From the NCBI GenBank assembly GCA_963710355.1, contig CAVPZU010000001.1:25572-89571 (forward strand): a DNA stretch of 64,000 nt, written 5' to 3'. Under the pieces are notes generated by a model. The model was not told the origin of the DNA and did no database searches. It saw only the letters and a list, made by a program, of their open reading frames with translations. This DNA is from an uncultured Phycisphaerales bacterium. Lineage in GTDB: Bacteria > Planctomycetota > Phycisphaerae > Sedimentisphaerales > Anaerobacaceae. The position numbers and the translations under genes were made by a program. Numbering within the stretch: the first letter of the stretch is position 1; the number at the start of each line of letters is the position of its first letter. Positions 31,618 to 42,176 of this stretch are shown one piece after another.

Positions 31618-32115
31618 TCAGCTGATCTTGCTTCTGATGTTTCTTATCAACGTTAAAAGAATCGCACGCGGTATATCAGCCAGTTCCGGCTCCGGTATTT
31701 CGCTTGAAGCAATTTTATCGAGTAATTGGAGCGACTGTTGGCCGTAAGGGGTTATCTGATTTTCAAGCTCCTTTGCCTCCGTCAGTTTGCCGTCTCTCAT
31801 CTTTCGCAGGTAAGAGATGATTCTCGCCTGAAGTTTCTTGTCGTCAATGAGCGATGAAAACGTCCCCCCCTTTGCAGCGTTTTCTCTTTCCTGCAGAATG
31901 TCCCGCGTAAGCTGGTAAGTTTCTGCCATAAGCCGTTTCTGTTTCATTTCATCTTCTTCATTAACCGGTGCGAGTTTCAGGTCGTCTATCTCGGCGTTTA
32001 AATCAGGTATGTAGACTTTGTTGTGGCAGACAGGGCATAGCCCCCATTTGCCCGCAGCCTCATCCTTCGCAGTTATTTTGTTGTTGCAATGTACGCAGTG
32101 AAATGTTATGCTCAT
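31618..32115 (-). CDS. Hypothetical protein with an N-terminal zinc ribbon
   Basis: Contains CVHCNNK...CPVCHNK followed by a helical region. I recognise no family. Confidence 0.45.
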   Translation of the reverse strand: MSITFHCVHCNNKITAKDEAAGKWGLCPVCHNKVYIPDLNAEIDDLKLAPVNEEDEMKQKRLMAETYQLTRDILQERENAAKGGTFSSLIDDKKLQARIISYLRKMRDGKLTEAKELENQITPYGQQSLQLLDKIASSEIPEPELADIPRAILLTLIRNIRSKIS

Positions 32116-32166
32116 TTTCGTCTCCCCTGAAAAAAATTTGAAAATTTTCTCCCTAAATAAATCTTT

Positions 32167-32517
32167 TTACCTTTTATGTTCTGCAAAAACCTCTGTTGTT
32201 ATGCCGCCGCGGGACGCAAAACGGCAGGTGATCTTCATCCAGCGGGGTTTGCAGACCTTTGTTAAATCGTCAAGAATTTCGTTGGTAAGGGCCTCGTAAA
32301 AAATGCCTCTGCTCCGGTAGCTTTGCATATAAAATTTCAGGCTTTTTAACTCGATGCAGAGCTTGTCGGGGCAGTATTCAATTGTAATCTCGCCAAAATC
32401 GGGCTGGCTCGTCCTCGGGCAGAGACTCGTAAATTCAGGACACCTTATGGTGAGAAAATAGTCCCGCTTTGCCTTCGGGTTCTTGAACAACTCAAGCTGG
32501 GGCTTTTGATTTTTCAT
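32167..32517 (-). CDS. queF: NADPH-dependent 7-cyano-7-deazaguanine (preQ0) reductase, type I
   Basis: Contains EFTSLCPRTSQPDFGEITIEY and the catalytic Cys context. I prefer ATG 32517, with AGAGG 6 nt upstream, over the listed TTG at 32577. Confidence 0.9.
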   Translation of the reverse strand: MKNQKPQLELFKNPKAKRDYFLTIRCPEFTSLCPRTSQPDFGEITIEYCPDKLCIELKSLKFYMQSYRSRGIFYEALTNEILDDLTKVCKPRWMKITCRFASRGGITTEVFAEHKR

Positions 32518-32571
32518 ATCAGACCTCTGGCAAAAATTCGCTAAACTGAGTATAATAGATTTTACTCGTTT

Positions 32572-33291
32572 TTGCAAGGTGGATTTATACTAAATCAAAA
32601 TAAAAAAGCAATCGTGTTATTGAGCGGCGGGCTCGATTCGGCTACGACACTGGCAATCGCAAAAGATGAGGGCTTTGACTGCTTTGCCCTTACCTTCAGC
32701 TATGGCCAGCGCCATTCCGTCGAAATCCGCTCCGCAACCCGCGTCGCAGCAGCATTGGCCATCCTCGAACATCGTATTATTGATATTGATTTACGCTCCT
32801 TTGGCGGCTCGGCCTTGACCGACTTCGTTATCACTGTTCCAAAAGACAGAGTCGTTTATGGGCAGGCCGGCGGCATACCAGTTACTTATGTCCCTGCCCG
32901 AAACACGATTTTTTTAAGCTACGCCCTCGCCTGGGCAGAGGTGCTGGGGTGTTTTGACATCTTTTTAGGCGTCAATTCCACCGATTACAGCGGCTACCCG
33001 GACTGCAGGCCGGAATTTATCGATGCCTTTGAAAAACTTTCAAACCTTGCCACAGCGGCAGCCGTTCAAGGAAAAGGCAAATTTAAGATTCACACACCGA
33101 TTATCAATATGTCCAAAGCCCAGATTATATTAACGGGGACAAAACTCGGCGTCGATTTCTCCTTAACTCACAGTTGTTACGACCCTGACGAAAAGGGCAG
33201 ACCCTGCGGCGGATGCGATGCCTGCAAACTCCGCTTAAAAGGTTTCGCCGAGGCTGGCCTCGATGACCCGATTGAATATGTAAGGAAATAG
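32572..33291 (+). CDS. queC: 7-cyano-7-deazaguanine synthase
   Basis: Has the PP-loop VLLSGGLDS and the C-terminal Zn-site [10 protein letters not shown]. It is divergent from queF. Confidence 0.93.
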   Translation: MQGGFILNQNKKAIVLLSGGLDSATTLAIAKDEGFDCFALTFSYGQRHSVEIRSATRVAAALAILEHRIIDIDLRSFGGSALTDFVITVPKDRVVYGQAGGIPVTYVPARNTIFLSYALAWAEVLGCFDIFLGVNSTDYSGYPDCRPEFIDAFEKLSNLATAAAVQGKGKFKIHTPIINMSKAQIILTGTKLGVDFSLTHSCYDPDEKGRPCGGCDACKLRLKGFAEAGLDDPIEYVRK

Positions 33292-33322
33292 TGAATATCG
33301 AAATCCTAATTTTGCGGGAGTT

Positions 33323-33842
33323 CCCCGCCTGTGAAGGCGGGGGTGAGAGCCGTTTCCTGTGTCTTCCGGTTTATGATATATTATATGGATGCGATTAATA
33401 AAGTCGGCACATTCAGTATACAAGACGCAGTATCATATTGTGTGGGTGACAAGGTACAGACGAAAAGTCCTGAATTTTGGTGTACGGGAGTATCTGGAAA
33501 CGAAACTTCGGGAAGCCAGGAAATACTATCCGGATTGGGAATATATTGCGATTGGTATCGCAGAGGACCATATACATTTACATATGGTTATTCCACCGAA
33601 ATATGCAGTAAGTACGGTTGAGGAGACTTTAAAGAAGAACACGAGCAGGGAACTAATCCAGAAGTTTCGTTTCCTCAAGCAGGTGTATTGGGACAATGAA
33701 GGTATATGGTCTACAGGATTTTTCGTTTCCACGGTCGGTATAAATGAAGCGATTGTCAGGAAATACGTTCAGCAACAGGAAAAGGAAGACACAGGACAAG
33801 CGCAGCTTGAAATTTAAAGAACCACGCCTGTAAAGGCGTGGG
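33323..33842 (+). mobile_element. IS200/IS605-family element (tnpA only) bounded by related subterminal hairpins
   Basis: The left hairpin is ccccgcc-tgtgaa-ggcgggg (33323-33342). The right hairpin is ccacgcc-tgtaaa-ggcgtgg (33822-33842). Exact ends were not determined. Confidence 0.7.
33389..33817 (+). CDS. tnpA: IS200/IS605 family Y1 (HUH) transposase TnpA
   Basis: Contains YHIVWVTRYRRK, the HUH motif HIHLHMVI and a C-terminal catalytic Tyr region (IVRKYVQQQE). 142 aa. Confidence 0.9.
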   Translation: MRLIKSAHSVYKTQYHIVWVTRYRRKVLNFGVREYLETKLREARKYYPDWEYIAIGIAEDHIHLHMVIPPKYAVSTVEETLKKNTSRELIQKFRFLKQVYWDNEGIWSTGFFVSTVGINEAIVRKYVQQQEKEDTGQAQLEI

Positions 33843-33866
33843 TATCTAACAAAATTTATCAGGGAT

Positions 33867-34373
33867 GTGCAGAGTAGGTTTCAAGCGATTCCAGCTCCTG
33901 CCGCTATTTTTTACGATTGGCTACCGGCAAGGATTCTTAAAAAGCCGGAAAACAAAATAGTTGACGACATAGTTGAGAAAATAGCCAGTGGGATCATCGT
34001 AGATTTAGGTTCAGGAACGGGCTATTTATCAATAGAGATTGCCAAGAGAGTACCAGGCACACGGGTTTATGGCATCGACCTGAGCAGGCAAATGGTCAAG
34101 ATTGCAAAAAGGCATGCAAAGGGCATTGAAAATGTTCAATTTTTATTTGGCGATGCTGCTGACCTTATCTTTGAGAATGAATCCGTTGACTTTATAGTTA
34201 GTACAGGCTCCTTATATCACTGGAAGAGACCAGCAAAAGTATTCGATGAATGTTATCGCGTTTTAAAAAACGGCAAAGAAGCTTGGGTATATGATCCATG
34301 CTGTGATGCCCTCAAATACGAAGCCGACAAAGCAAAGGAAGAATATGGCTTTGTACGCCACAAAATGCTATAA
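33867..34373 (+). CDS. Class I SAM-dependent methyltransferase
   Basis: Has motif I, VDLGSGTGYLSIEIA, and a post-I acidic residue (YGIDLS). Confidence 0.8.
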   Translation: MQSRFQAIPAPAAIFYDWLPARILKKPENKIVDDIVEKIASGIIVDLGSGTGYLSIEIAKRVPGTRVYGIDLSRQMVKIAKRHAKGIENVQFLFGDAADLIFENESVDFIVSTGSLYHWKRPAKVFDECYRVLKNGKEAWVYDPCCDALKYEADKAKEEYGFVRHKML

Positions 34374-34525
34374 TAAAACTCGGCGAATACCCAGATAGTC
34401 TTTGGAGAAAGGGTGGTGTCAAGGATCTTTAGCACATTTATAGGTAAGTCCACCGTTTGGTAACTATCTGCTTTCTCGACCACGAAGGGCTTTAAATGCT
34501 TTAACCCCTAAGATTAATCCGCCAT

Positions 34526-35557
34526 TTATCTAGCGGATAAATTTGCCGCAGGCGGACAAACCTTGTGGTTTCCGTACGCCGCGATCAGGTTGTCCATAAT
34601 TCGGTTGTATTCGTCATCCACAGTGCAGCGTTTCGAGTCGGCCTCGAACCACTCAATCGAGCGTTTGACACCCTGTGCGAAAGTCACTGTTGCGGCAAAA
34701 TCGGGGACAAAGCGTTTTATCTTGCTGTTGTCGAAAATAGTGCACCAAGATTTGTCGCCCAGCAAAGTGCCAGCGAGGTCGGGGTTGATTTTGGCGATGA
34801 AATCGGAGGGGATATAGACTGGCCTTAGTTTCGCTCTGGCGGCGTTGGCTATCACATTGTATATCTGATTCCATGTCAGTACTTCATCGGAGGTAATGTG
34901 AAACGCGTGTCCAATGGCCTGTATATTGCTGAGAAGGCCGACAAAACCTTTGGCGAAATCTGTATTGTGCGTCATCGGCCAAAGAGTAGTGCCATCGCCG
35001 TGAATGATAATCTTTTTCCCCTTTCGCATCCGGTCAACCAGCGTCCAAGGCTTAGTCCGACTGTTAATCGCAGCCGGTATCGTATTGACGCCGTATGTGA
35101 ACGATGGCCGGACGATTGTGATGGGAAAGCCGGTGTTGCGGTATTCGGCCATAAGGCGGTCTTCGCAGGCGATTTTGTCGCGAGAATACTGCCAGTACGG
35201 GTTGGCCAGAGGAGTCGATTCGGTGATGAGCCAGTGCGTCGGAGGCTTTTGATAGGCAGATGCGGAGCTGATGAATATGTATTGGCCGACATTGCCTCTG
35301 AAAAGTTTGATGTCAGTTTCGACATCCTTAGGCACAAAGGCGAGCCAATCAACGACGACATCGAAGGTTTTGCCTTTTAACATCTTGGTGAAGGCCGATT
35401 TATCTTTGATATCGCCTTTAATGACTTTGGCACCTTTTGGGACGAATTCTTTGTGTTGCCCACGATTGAAAAGGAACAACTCGATTCCATCTTCCACCGC
35501 TAGTTTCGATACCGCGGCGCTGATTATTCCCGTCCCGCCGATGAATAATACCTTCAT
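34526..35557 (-). CDS. NAD-dependent epimerase/dehydratase (extended SDR)
   Basis: Has an N-terminal Rossmann motif (MKVLFIGGTGIISAAV), is 343 aa, and shows a YxxxK-type SDR layout. Confidence 0.85.
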   Translation of the reverse strand: MKVLFIGGTGIISAAVSKLAVEDGIELFLFNRGQHKEFVPKGAKVIKGDIKDKSAFTKMLKGKTFDVVVDWLAFVPKDVETDIKLFRGNVGQYIFISSASAYQKPPTHWLITESTPLANPYWQYSRDKIACEDRLMAEYRNTGFPITIVRPSFTYGVNTIPAAINSRTKPWTLVDRMRKGKKIIIHGDGTTLWPMTHNTDFAKGFVGLLSNIQAIGHAFHITSDEVLTWNQIYNVIANAARAKLRPVYIPSDFIAKINPDLAGTLLGDKSWCTIFDNSKIKRFVPDFAATVTFAQGVKRSIEWFEADSKRCTVDDEYNRIMDNLIAAYGNHKVCPPAANLSAR

Positions 35558-35986
35558 CCCCTGATCCTCCCCGTACCCGCCACATGTGACTGGTTGTAAA
35601 TCATACGTCTAAAATATACTTCTTCAAAAGGATGCTCCCAAGCATAAGGATTGTAGTCGATACAATCTTCACAGGGACCTGAGTACTTTCCATTCAACTG
35701 TTCTTTCCTTAAACGATTGAACTGTACGTCATCAGCCAAAATAAGACAAATTCGCCTTTGAATTAGGAGACGGTTTCAACTCCTGTTACTGTATACCAAC
35801 ATCCCGTTTGTGCTAAGCATCCTACCACAAATCCCCGCCCATGCAAGCAATTTCGATTTCGAAAACTCTTTATCCCGTAGGGTACAAATATTATTTCGGC
35901 ATAATTCATTGCCATAACAAGAGTTAAAGCTGTCCCTGATGAAAGTTATTGCATGCACGCAAGAGTTCTTATAGCATTTCCTGACT

Positions 35987-37063
35987 ATGAAACAGAAATT
36001 ATGGATTACATTACTGACGTATTTGGCCTATTGTATTGATAAAGAGCTTTACAAAGTCATCGATTATCTTAAAGAACAGGTCCTGGTAGTTCTTGAGCAG
36101 CAGGAAAAACAGAACAAACGGATTTTGCTGACCAACCGCCAACGGATGAGAGTGGCTGCTAAGGCAAAGAAGCTTACCCGAAAGCTTCTTGAGGAAACCA
36201 CAGTACTGTTTAGTCCAGACACAGTTCTTGGCTGGTACCGCAACCTCATCGCTGAAAAATATAATGGAAGTAAAAATCGCGGCAAAGTTGGAAGACCACA
36301 AATCAGCCAGGAAATAGTAAATCTTGTAATAAGATTTAAAGAAGAAAATCCTCGCTGGGGTTATCAGAAAATCACAGATCGGGTTGTTTACCTGGGATAT
36401 AATATCAGTACATCAACCGTTAAAAACATCCTCATCGAAAACGGCTGTGATCCTGAACCTGACTTAACCGTAAAAACTACATGGTGGGAGTTTATCAAAA
36501 GCCACTGGGATGTCCTGGCTGCCTGTGACTTCTTTACCGTGGAACTTCTCATAGGTCGAAAGCTGATAAGATGCACGCTCTTCTTTGTCATAGAGCTTTC
36601 CACAAGAAAAGTGTTCTTTGCGTCAATTAAACCTCAGCCTGACGGTGATTATATGAAGCAGGCAGCAAAGATTCTAACGGATTACGAAGATGGATTTCTA
36701 AAAGGCAAGAGATACCTGATCCATGACAGGGATCCACTTTACACGTCTGAATTTCACAGCATCTTAAAAAGCACTGGAGTAAAACCGGTGAAGCTCCCGC
36801 CGCGAAGCCCGGATTTGAATCCTTACGCGGAACGCTTTGTAAAATCCGTAAAATCGGAGTGTCTGGATCATCTGATACTGGCTTCAGTTAAACAGCTTGA
36901 GTATGCCGTAAATCAGTATTGCGAGTATTATCACCACGAGAGAATTCACCAATCCCTGGGAAGAATAATTGAACCGATTTACAAAACAAATAAAGATGCT
37001 GAAATTGTTTGTATCGAACGACTTGGCGGATTGCTCAAATCATATCACAGATTAGCTGCGTAA
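35987..37063 (+). CDS. Transposase with an rve (integrase core, DDE) domain
   Basis: Has an HTH region (GRPQISQEIVNLVIRFKEENPRWGYQKI) and a DDE triad context (AACDFF; IHDRDPLY; NPYAERFV). Terminal repeats were not resolved. Confidence 0.85.
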   Translation: MKQKLWITLLTYLAYCIDKELYKVIDYLKEQVLVVLEQQEKQNKRILLTNRQRMRVAAKAKKLTRKLLEETTVLFSPDTVLGWYRNLIAEKYNGSKNRGKVGRPQISQEIVNLVIRFKEENPRWGYQKITDRVVYLGYNISTSTVKNILIENGCDPEPDLTVKTTWWEFIKSHWDVLAACDFFTVELLIGRKLIRCTLFFVIELSTRKVFFASIKPQPDGDYMKQAAKILTDYEDGFLKGKRYLIHDRDPLYTSEFHSILKSTGVKPVKLPPRSPDLNPYAERFVKSVKSECLDHLILASVKQLEYAVNQYCEYYHHERIHQSLGRIIEPIYKTNKDAEIVCIERLGGLLKSYHRLAA

Positions 37064-37348
37064 TACAAGTTGCTGCCCCTGACATTTCAACAGAGACAGT
37101 ATGCACATTATGGGAATCTCTACGCAAGAGACTGTCAAGTTCAAGAGCTTCTAAGCAAAACTGAAACGCGAATCACAGACATTCGGATTTATCGCTGACG
37201 AAAATCAGAATATTAACTCGTTAAAGAGCAAAGAGTTAATAGCTGATTAATATTTGCACCGCACGCGGTTATATAAAATGTTCACCTTTTCTAAATCTTT
37301 GCCGTATGGTAATCCGCAGAGACGCCAAATTTGACATGACTCTCATTA

Positions 37349-38779
37349 TTAGAACAAAAAGGACTGTGAAGATTTTATCCAATTTAAGAAGGGGGTAAGG
37401 TAAAGGCCTGCGATAAGGACACCAGCCAGAACAACGGCGAGTGCGAACTGGAGAGGCACTGATTTTTGGCCGATGTCTTTTATTTTCGGCTCATCCAGAT
37501 ACATAAATTTGATAACCCGCATATAATAATAAGCTGCTATGACGCTATTTATGACCCCTACAATCGCAAGAAGAATGAACTTCGACTGGATGGCGGCGGT
37601 AAATACTAGGAATTTGCCCCAAAATCCAGCGAGCGGAGGGACGCCCAAGAGGGACAGCAAAAAGATGGTCATCAGGAATGACGTTACGGGGTCTTTTTTA
37701 TAAAGGCCTGCGTAATCCTCGATAGCATCGCTTTTTATGGAGTTGGAGACGAGAACAACGCATCCAAAGGCCCCCAGATTCATAAGTGCGTATGCAAGGA
37801 TGTAATATAAGACGCCTTCTATGCCGGCAGCGGTGCCGACGACAAAGCCAATGAGCATATAGCCAGCCTGTGCGATGGATGAATACGCCAGCATACGCTT
37901 TATATCTGTCTGCGATATGGCGATGATGTTTCCGATGGTCATAGTGAAAATTGAGATGAGCGTCATCAAGTCAACCCAGTTTACATAGAGAGGGAAGAAA
38001 TTATTTGCGAATATGCGCAAGAGTAAGGCAAAGCCGACGGCCTTTGGGCCGACCGAAATGAAAGCCGTGACGGAGGTAGGCGCACCCTGATAGACGTCGG
38101 GCGCCCACATATGGAAAGGGACGAGCGTGCATTTAAAGCCAATGCCTGCCAACAGCAATACGAGCAGAATAAGCAAGACCATGCCATTTATCTGGCCGGT
38201 GTTTATAGTTTTCGAGATGGCGGAGAGGTCCGTAGTGCCGAACAATCCGTAAATGAGCGAGATGCCATAGAGCATTATGCCGGTTGAGAGGGCGCCAAAC
38301 AGGAAGTATTTCAAGGCACCTTCACTCGAGAGGGGGTTATTTTTAAGGAAGGCCACGAGGATGTATGAAACAAGTGAGAGCATCTCGATAGATAAATATA
38401 TCATAAGCAGGTTGTTGGAGGACACGGCCAGTAACATGGCGATTGTGCCGTTCAGGAGGAGAAAATAGTATTCGCCTATAGTCTTTTCCGATAGCTCCTT
38501 ATAACCCATAGAGAACAGTATGACGATGCTGGTGATGAACAGGGAGATTTGCTTAAAGAACAGGGAGAAGGAGTCATTTGTAAGCATATTGAAAAATAGG
38601 GTGGTGTCTGTTTTGCGGCTCTGGGGCAGGTATAAGGAGGCAACCACAACGGCGGACAAGGCCAATACGCCGAGGATATTTTTATTGCTGACGAAAAGCG
38701 AAAGAATGAGGATTATAATCGCAGCAACAAGCAATATAATTTCCGGCGTTATAAATCTTATGTTTTCGGTAATGTTCAA
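37349..38779 (-). CDS. nuoN: NADH-quinone oxidoreductase subunit N
   Basis: A 476-aa antiporter-like polytopic protein and the last gene of the nuo operon. Its start overlaps the nuoM stop. Confidence 0.9.
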   Translation of the reverse strand: MNITENIRFITPEIILLVAAIIILILSLFVSNKNILGVLALSAVVVASLYLPQSRKTDTTLFFNMLTNDSFSLFFKQISLFITSIVILFSMGYKELSEKTIGEYYFLLLNGTIAMLLAVSSNNLLMIYLSIEMLSLVSYILVAFLKNNPLSSEGALKYFLFGALSTGIMLYGISLIYGLFGTTDLSAISKTINTGQINGMVLLILLVLLLAGIGFKCTLVPFHMWAPDVYQGAPTSVTAFISVGPKAVGFALLLRIFANNFFPLYVNWVDLMTLISIFTMTIGNIIAISQTDIKRMLAYSSIAQAGYMLIGFVVGTAAGIEGVLYYILAYALMNLGAFGCVVLVSNSIKSDAIEDYAGLYKKDPVTSFLMTIFLLSLLGVPPLAGFWGKFLVFTAAIQSKFILLAIVGVINSVIAAYYYMRVIKFMYLDEPKIKDIGQKSVPLQFALAVVLAGVLIAGLYLTPFLNWIKSSQSFLF

Positions 38780-40257
38780 AATGAGAGGCCTCCAAGTTTT
38801 TGTATAAGGGCTTCAATAGAGGGCGCCTGGTACCTGAGCGCCAATAAAGGATATACGCCGATTAGTATAATAATCAGCATAAGGGGAACCAGAGTGAGAA
38901 GCTCACGTTTATTTATGTCAGGAAGGCCGACCCATTTTTCGTTCATGGGGCCCATCAGCACACGCTGAAGCATATATAAGAAATATGCCGCGGTTATGAC
39001 TATCCCCAGGACAGAGACGATGGTCGTTAATCTGAAGACGGCATACGCCCCCAGCAGGGACATAAATTCGCTTACGAAGCCGCTCAAGCCTGGCAGGCCG
39101 AGAGAGGCAAGGGTGAAAACGGTCAATACGCCGGCATAGACGGGCATTTTGACGCCAAGACCGCCGAATTTATCGAGGTCTCTTGTGTGTGCGCGGTTGT
39201 AAAGGACGCCGACCAGCAAGAACATCCCGCCGGTGATGATTCCGTGGTTGAACATTTGGAGAAGCGCACCGTTAAAGCCGGTGACGGTCATACTCGCCAG
39301 GCCGAGCATTACGAATCCCATGTGGCTTACGGACGAGTAGGCGACCATCTTTTTGAAATCGGTTTGTGCCATCGCTACAATGGCGCCGTAGACTATGTTG
39401 ATAAGGCCGAGGAGGGCAAAGGGCAGGGCGAAATAGTGAGCCGCATCTTTTAACAGGGGGAAACTTATCCTGAAGAAGCCGTAACCACCCATTTTGAGCA
39501 GGACGCCGGCCAGTAAGACGCTTATGGGGGTCGGCGCTTCGACATGCGCATCGGGCAGCCAGGTATGAAAGGGGAAGACGGGGACTTTCACGGCAAACCC
39601 CAGATAGAAAGCTATAAAGATGATTATTTGCAAAGGCACGGTCAGGGTGCTGGTTGTTTTGCCAAGCTCCAATATGCTGAAGGTGTGTGGCGTAGACGTG
39701 AAGTAGAAGGCCAATATCCCCAGCAGCATAAAGACTGAGCCTGCGAGGGTATATATGAAGAACTTGATGGCGGCATATTCTTTTCTCGGACCGCCCCAGA
39801 TGCCTATTAAGAAATACATCGGGACCAGCACTATTTCCCAGAGGGCGTAGAACAAAACAAGGTCAAGAGCGACGAAGGTGCCGAGCATACCTGTTGCGAG
39901 GAGGAGATATAAAAAGAAATATTCTTTTTGGCGGGTATCTATGCCATAAGAACCTATGCACGCGAGGAAGCTCAACAAGGTGGTTAAAAATACGAGGCCG
40001 ATGCTTAAGCCGTCTATTCCCAGATGATAAGAGATGCCGATGGACGGTATCCAGGGCAGATTTTCCTCGAATTGCATCGAAGAGCTTGAATAGTCGAAAT
40101 TGAGCAACAGGACGACCGCAAGTATCAAGGCAACTGCGGTGACAGTTGTGGCGAGCGCCTTTATCAAGCCTATATTTTTTTTAGGGGTGAATAGTATCAG
40201 CAGGCCGCCTGCGAGCGGCAGAAAAACAATAAAGGTCAAAATGGGGAAAGACATCAT
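38776..40257 (-). CDS. nuoM: NADH-quinone oxidoreductase subunit M
   Basis: A 493-aa antiporter-like protein (ND4 family; HTWLPDAHVEAPT motif). Confidence 0.92.
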   Translation of the reverse strand: MMSFPILTFIVFLPLAGGLLILFTPKKNIGLIKALATTVTAVALILAVVLLLNFDYSSSSMQFEENLPWIPSIGISYHLGIDGLSIGLVFLTTLLSFLACIGSYGIDTRQKEYFFLYLLLATGMLGTFVALDLVLFYALWEIVLVPMYFLIGIWGGPRKEYAAIKFFIYTLAGSVFMLLGILAFYFTSTPHTFSILELGKTTSTLTVPLQIIIFIAFYLGFAVKVPVFPFHTWLPDAHVEAPTPISVLLAGVLLKMGGYGFFRISFPLLKDAAHYFALPFALLGLINIVYGAIVAMAQTDFKKMVAYSSVSHMGFVMLGLASMTVTGFNGALLQMFNHGIITGGMFLLVGVLYNRAHTRDLDKFGGLGVKMPVYAGVLTVFTLASLGLPGLSGFVSEFMSLLGAYAVFRLTTIVSVLGIVITAAYFLYMLQRVLMGPMNEKWVGLPDINKRELLTLVPLMLIIILIGVYPLLALRYQAPSIEALIQKLGGLSF

Positions 40258-42176
40258 AAACCTCCTATCAATTTAACAAAGAGGATAATTACCAGGCTAA
40301 AGAACGCAATAAGCAGATAGGTCTGAATGTAACCTGTCTGGATTCGACGCAACGCCAGCGAAAATAGTCCGACGACCTTTGCCGTCATATTCACGGCACC
40401 ATCGACTATATAACGGTCTATCCAGGATGCAATCTTACTAAGTATTACGGCGGTACTGGCGACGTTATCAACCGTGCCGTCTATCACTCCCAAATCGAAT
40501 TTGAATGCGAGACGCGACAGGCGGACAGTTGGCTGGATGAACAGGAAGTTATAAAGCTCATCGATGTAATACTTATTATATACGAGATTATATAACCAGG
40601 CGAAATGCTGCCGAAATCGCTGAGGCAATATGTTTATGTTCAGCACATACAGCAGATAAGCTATGGCGATTCCGAAAGAGGCCAAAAACGTAGAAAGTCC
40701 CATTACCAGATAATCCGGCTCCAAACTGCCGGATTCGTGCGCCTGGCCGAGATGCAGGAAATCCTGAAAGGCGTAGTTCATAAAGGGAGAGCCAACCAAC
40801 CCTATAAATATCGCAAATACGGCCAATATCCCCAGAGGGACCGTCATAACGCCGGGGGATTCGTGCGGATGAATTTCCGAACGAGGTCTGCCGAACAAAA
40901 CCAGGAATATCAGCCTGAACATATAGAAGGCGGTCAGGAAGCTTGTTACTGCGGCTATGGTAAACAAGACCGGATGGCCGTTGTGCAGAATTTCGGACAA
41001 TATCTCATCTTTCGACCAGAAGCCTGAGAAGGGGGGTATGCCGGAAATAGCCAGAGATGCTATCACAAAAGTTGTACCTGTGACTTTCATTTTTTGAAAT
41101 ATGCCGCCCATTTTCTGTATGTCCTGAATGTGGATAGAGTGGATGACGCTGCCGGCACACAAGAAAAGGAGCGCCTTGAAAAATGCGTGGGTCATCAGGT
41201 GAAAAGTCCCTGCGGAATACCCGCCGACGCCCAGACCCATCATCATAAATCCCAACTGGCTTATCGTCGAATACGCGAGCACCCGTTTTATATCGTTGTT
41301 TACGACGGCGATAGAGGCGGCGAGAACAGCGGTGATACCGCCGATATACGCAACCCAGATGAGGGCTGGGCCGTGTGCGGAAAAGAAGGTAAAGCACCTG
41401 GCGACCAGATATACGCCTGCGGCGACCATAGTCGCTGCGTGAATCAATGCCGAAACGGGGGTCGGGCCTTCCATTGCATCGGGCATCCATACGTGAAGCG
41501 GGAACTGTGCGGATTTCCCGACTGCGCCGCAGAATATCAATAAAGCCGCTACGGTAAACAAGGGGCGAGCGTCAGTAAGGTTTGCAAGGTCGCTGAAATA
41601 AATGGTATGTGCGGAGAAAACCAGGATGAAGATTCCAATCAAAAGGCCCGTGTCACCGATTCTTGTCGTTATGAAGGCTTTCATACCTGCCCTGGCGGCA
41701 GAGGGTCTTTCGAACCAGAATGAGATTAAAAGATATGAGCAAAGGCCGACGCCTTCCCAGAAGATGTAAAGCGTGATGAAATTGTCGGCGAGGAGAAGCC
41801 CCAGCATCGAACTCATAAAGAGCGACATATAGGCGAAGAACCGTGAGAAGCGCACATCATCCTTCATATAGCCTATCGAGTATATCTGGATAAGCGTGCC
41901 GATGGCCGATACGACAACGAGCATCATACAGGTCAGGGGGTCTACTATTACGCCGATGTTTAACGATGTGCCGCCGAAGATGAGCCACTTGAACAAAGTA
42001 TATGACCCCTGTCCCTTCAGAAACCAAATGAGGGTATAGACAGACAGGCACAATGATATGACAGAGGCCGAGACTGAGACGAGCGCACTGGATTTTCTGA
42101 GCTTTCGGCCAAACAGGATGTTTGTCACAAACGCTATAACAGGAAAAACAGGGATTAAATGCGCCAGGTTTACCAT
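40254..42176 (-). CDS. nuoL: NADH-quinone oxidoreductase subunit L
   Basis: A 640-aa ND5-family protein (HVWMPDAMEGPTPVSALIHAATMV) with a long C-terminal amphipathic extension. Confidence 0.92.
   Translation of the reverse strand: MVNLAHLIPVFPVIAFVTNILFGRKLRKSSALVSVSASVISLCLSVYTLIWFLKGQGSYTLFKWLIFGGTSLNIGVIVDPLTCMMLVVVSAIGTLIQIYSIGYMKDDVRFSRFFAYMSLFMSSMLGLLLADNFITLYIFWEGVGLCSYLLISFWFERPSAARAGMKAFITTRIGDTGLLIGIFILVFSAHTIYFSDLANLTDARPLFTVAALLIFCGAVGKSAQFPLHVWMPDAMEGPTPVSALIHAATMVAAGVYLVARCFTFFSAHGPALIWVAYIGGITAVLAASIAVVNNDIKRVLAYSTISQLGFMMMGLGVGGYSAGTFHLMTHAFFKALLFLCAGSVIHSIHIQDIQKMGGIFQKMKVTGTTFVIASLAISGIPPFSGFWSKDEILSEILHNGHPVLFTIAAVTSFLTAFYMFRLIFLVLFGRPRSEIHPHESPGVMTVPLGILAVFAIFIGLVGSPFMNYAFQDFLHLGQAHESGSLEPDYLVMGLSTFLASFGIAIAYLLYVLNINILPQRFRQHFAWLYNLVYNKYYIDELYNFLFIQPTVRLSRLAFKFDLGVIDGTVDNVASTAVILSKIASWIDRYIVDGAVNMTAKVVGLFSLALRRIQTGYIQTYLLIAFFSLVIILFVKLIGGL

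Noticed and set aside
32518-32571. A preQ1 riboswitch in the queF/queC divergent intergenic region.
   Set aside because: The 54-nt spacer shows no preQ1-I-like hairpin plus A-rich tail. It contains only a TATAAT-like box at 32551-32556.
35554-35958. Small minus-strand ORFs (61 aa and 60 aa) between the epimerase gene and the rve transposase.
   Set aside because: They have non-ATG starts and no motifs, and the upstream frame closes after a few codons. They are probably remnants of a gene disrupted by the adjacent IS.
35926-37140. Partial direct similarity on both sides of the rve transposase gene (gctgNccctga...atgcac...acgcaagag) as IS termini.
   Set aside because: The matches are in direct rather than inverted orientation and are patchy. 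I could not define inverted repeats or a target duplication by eye.
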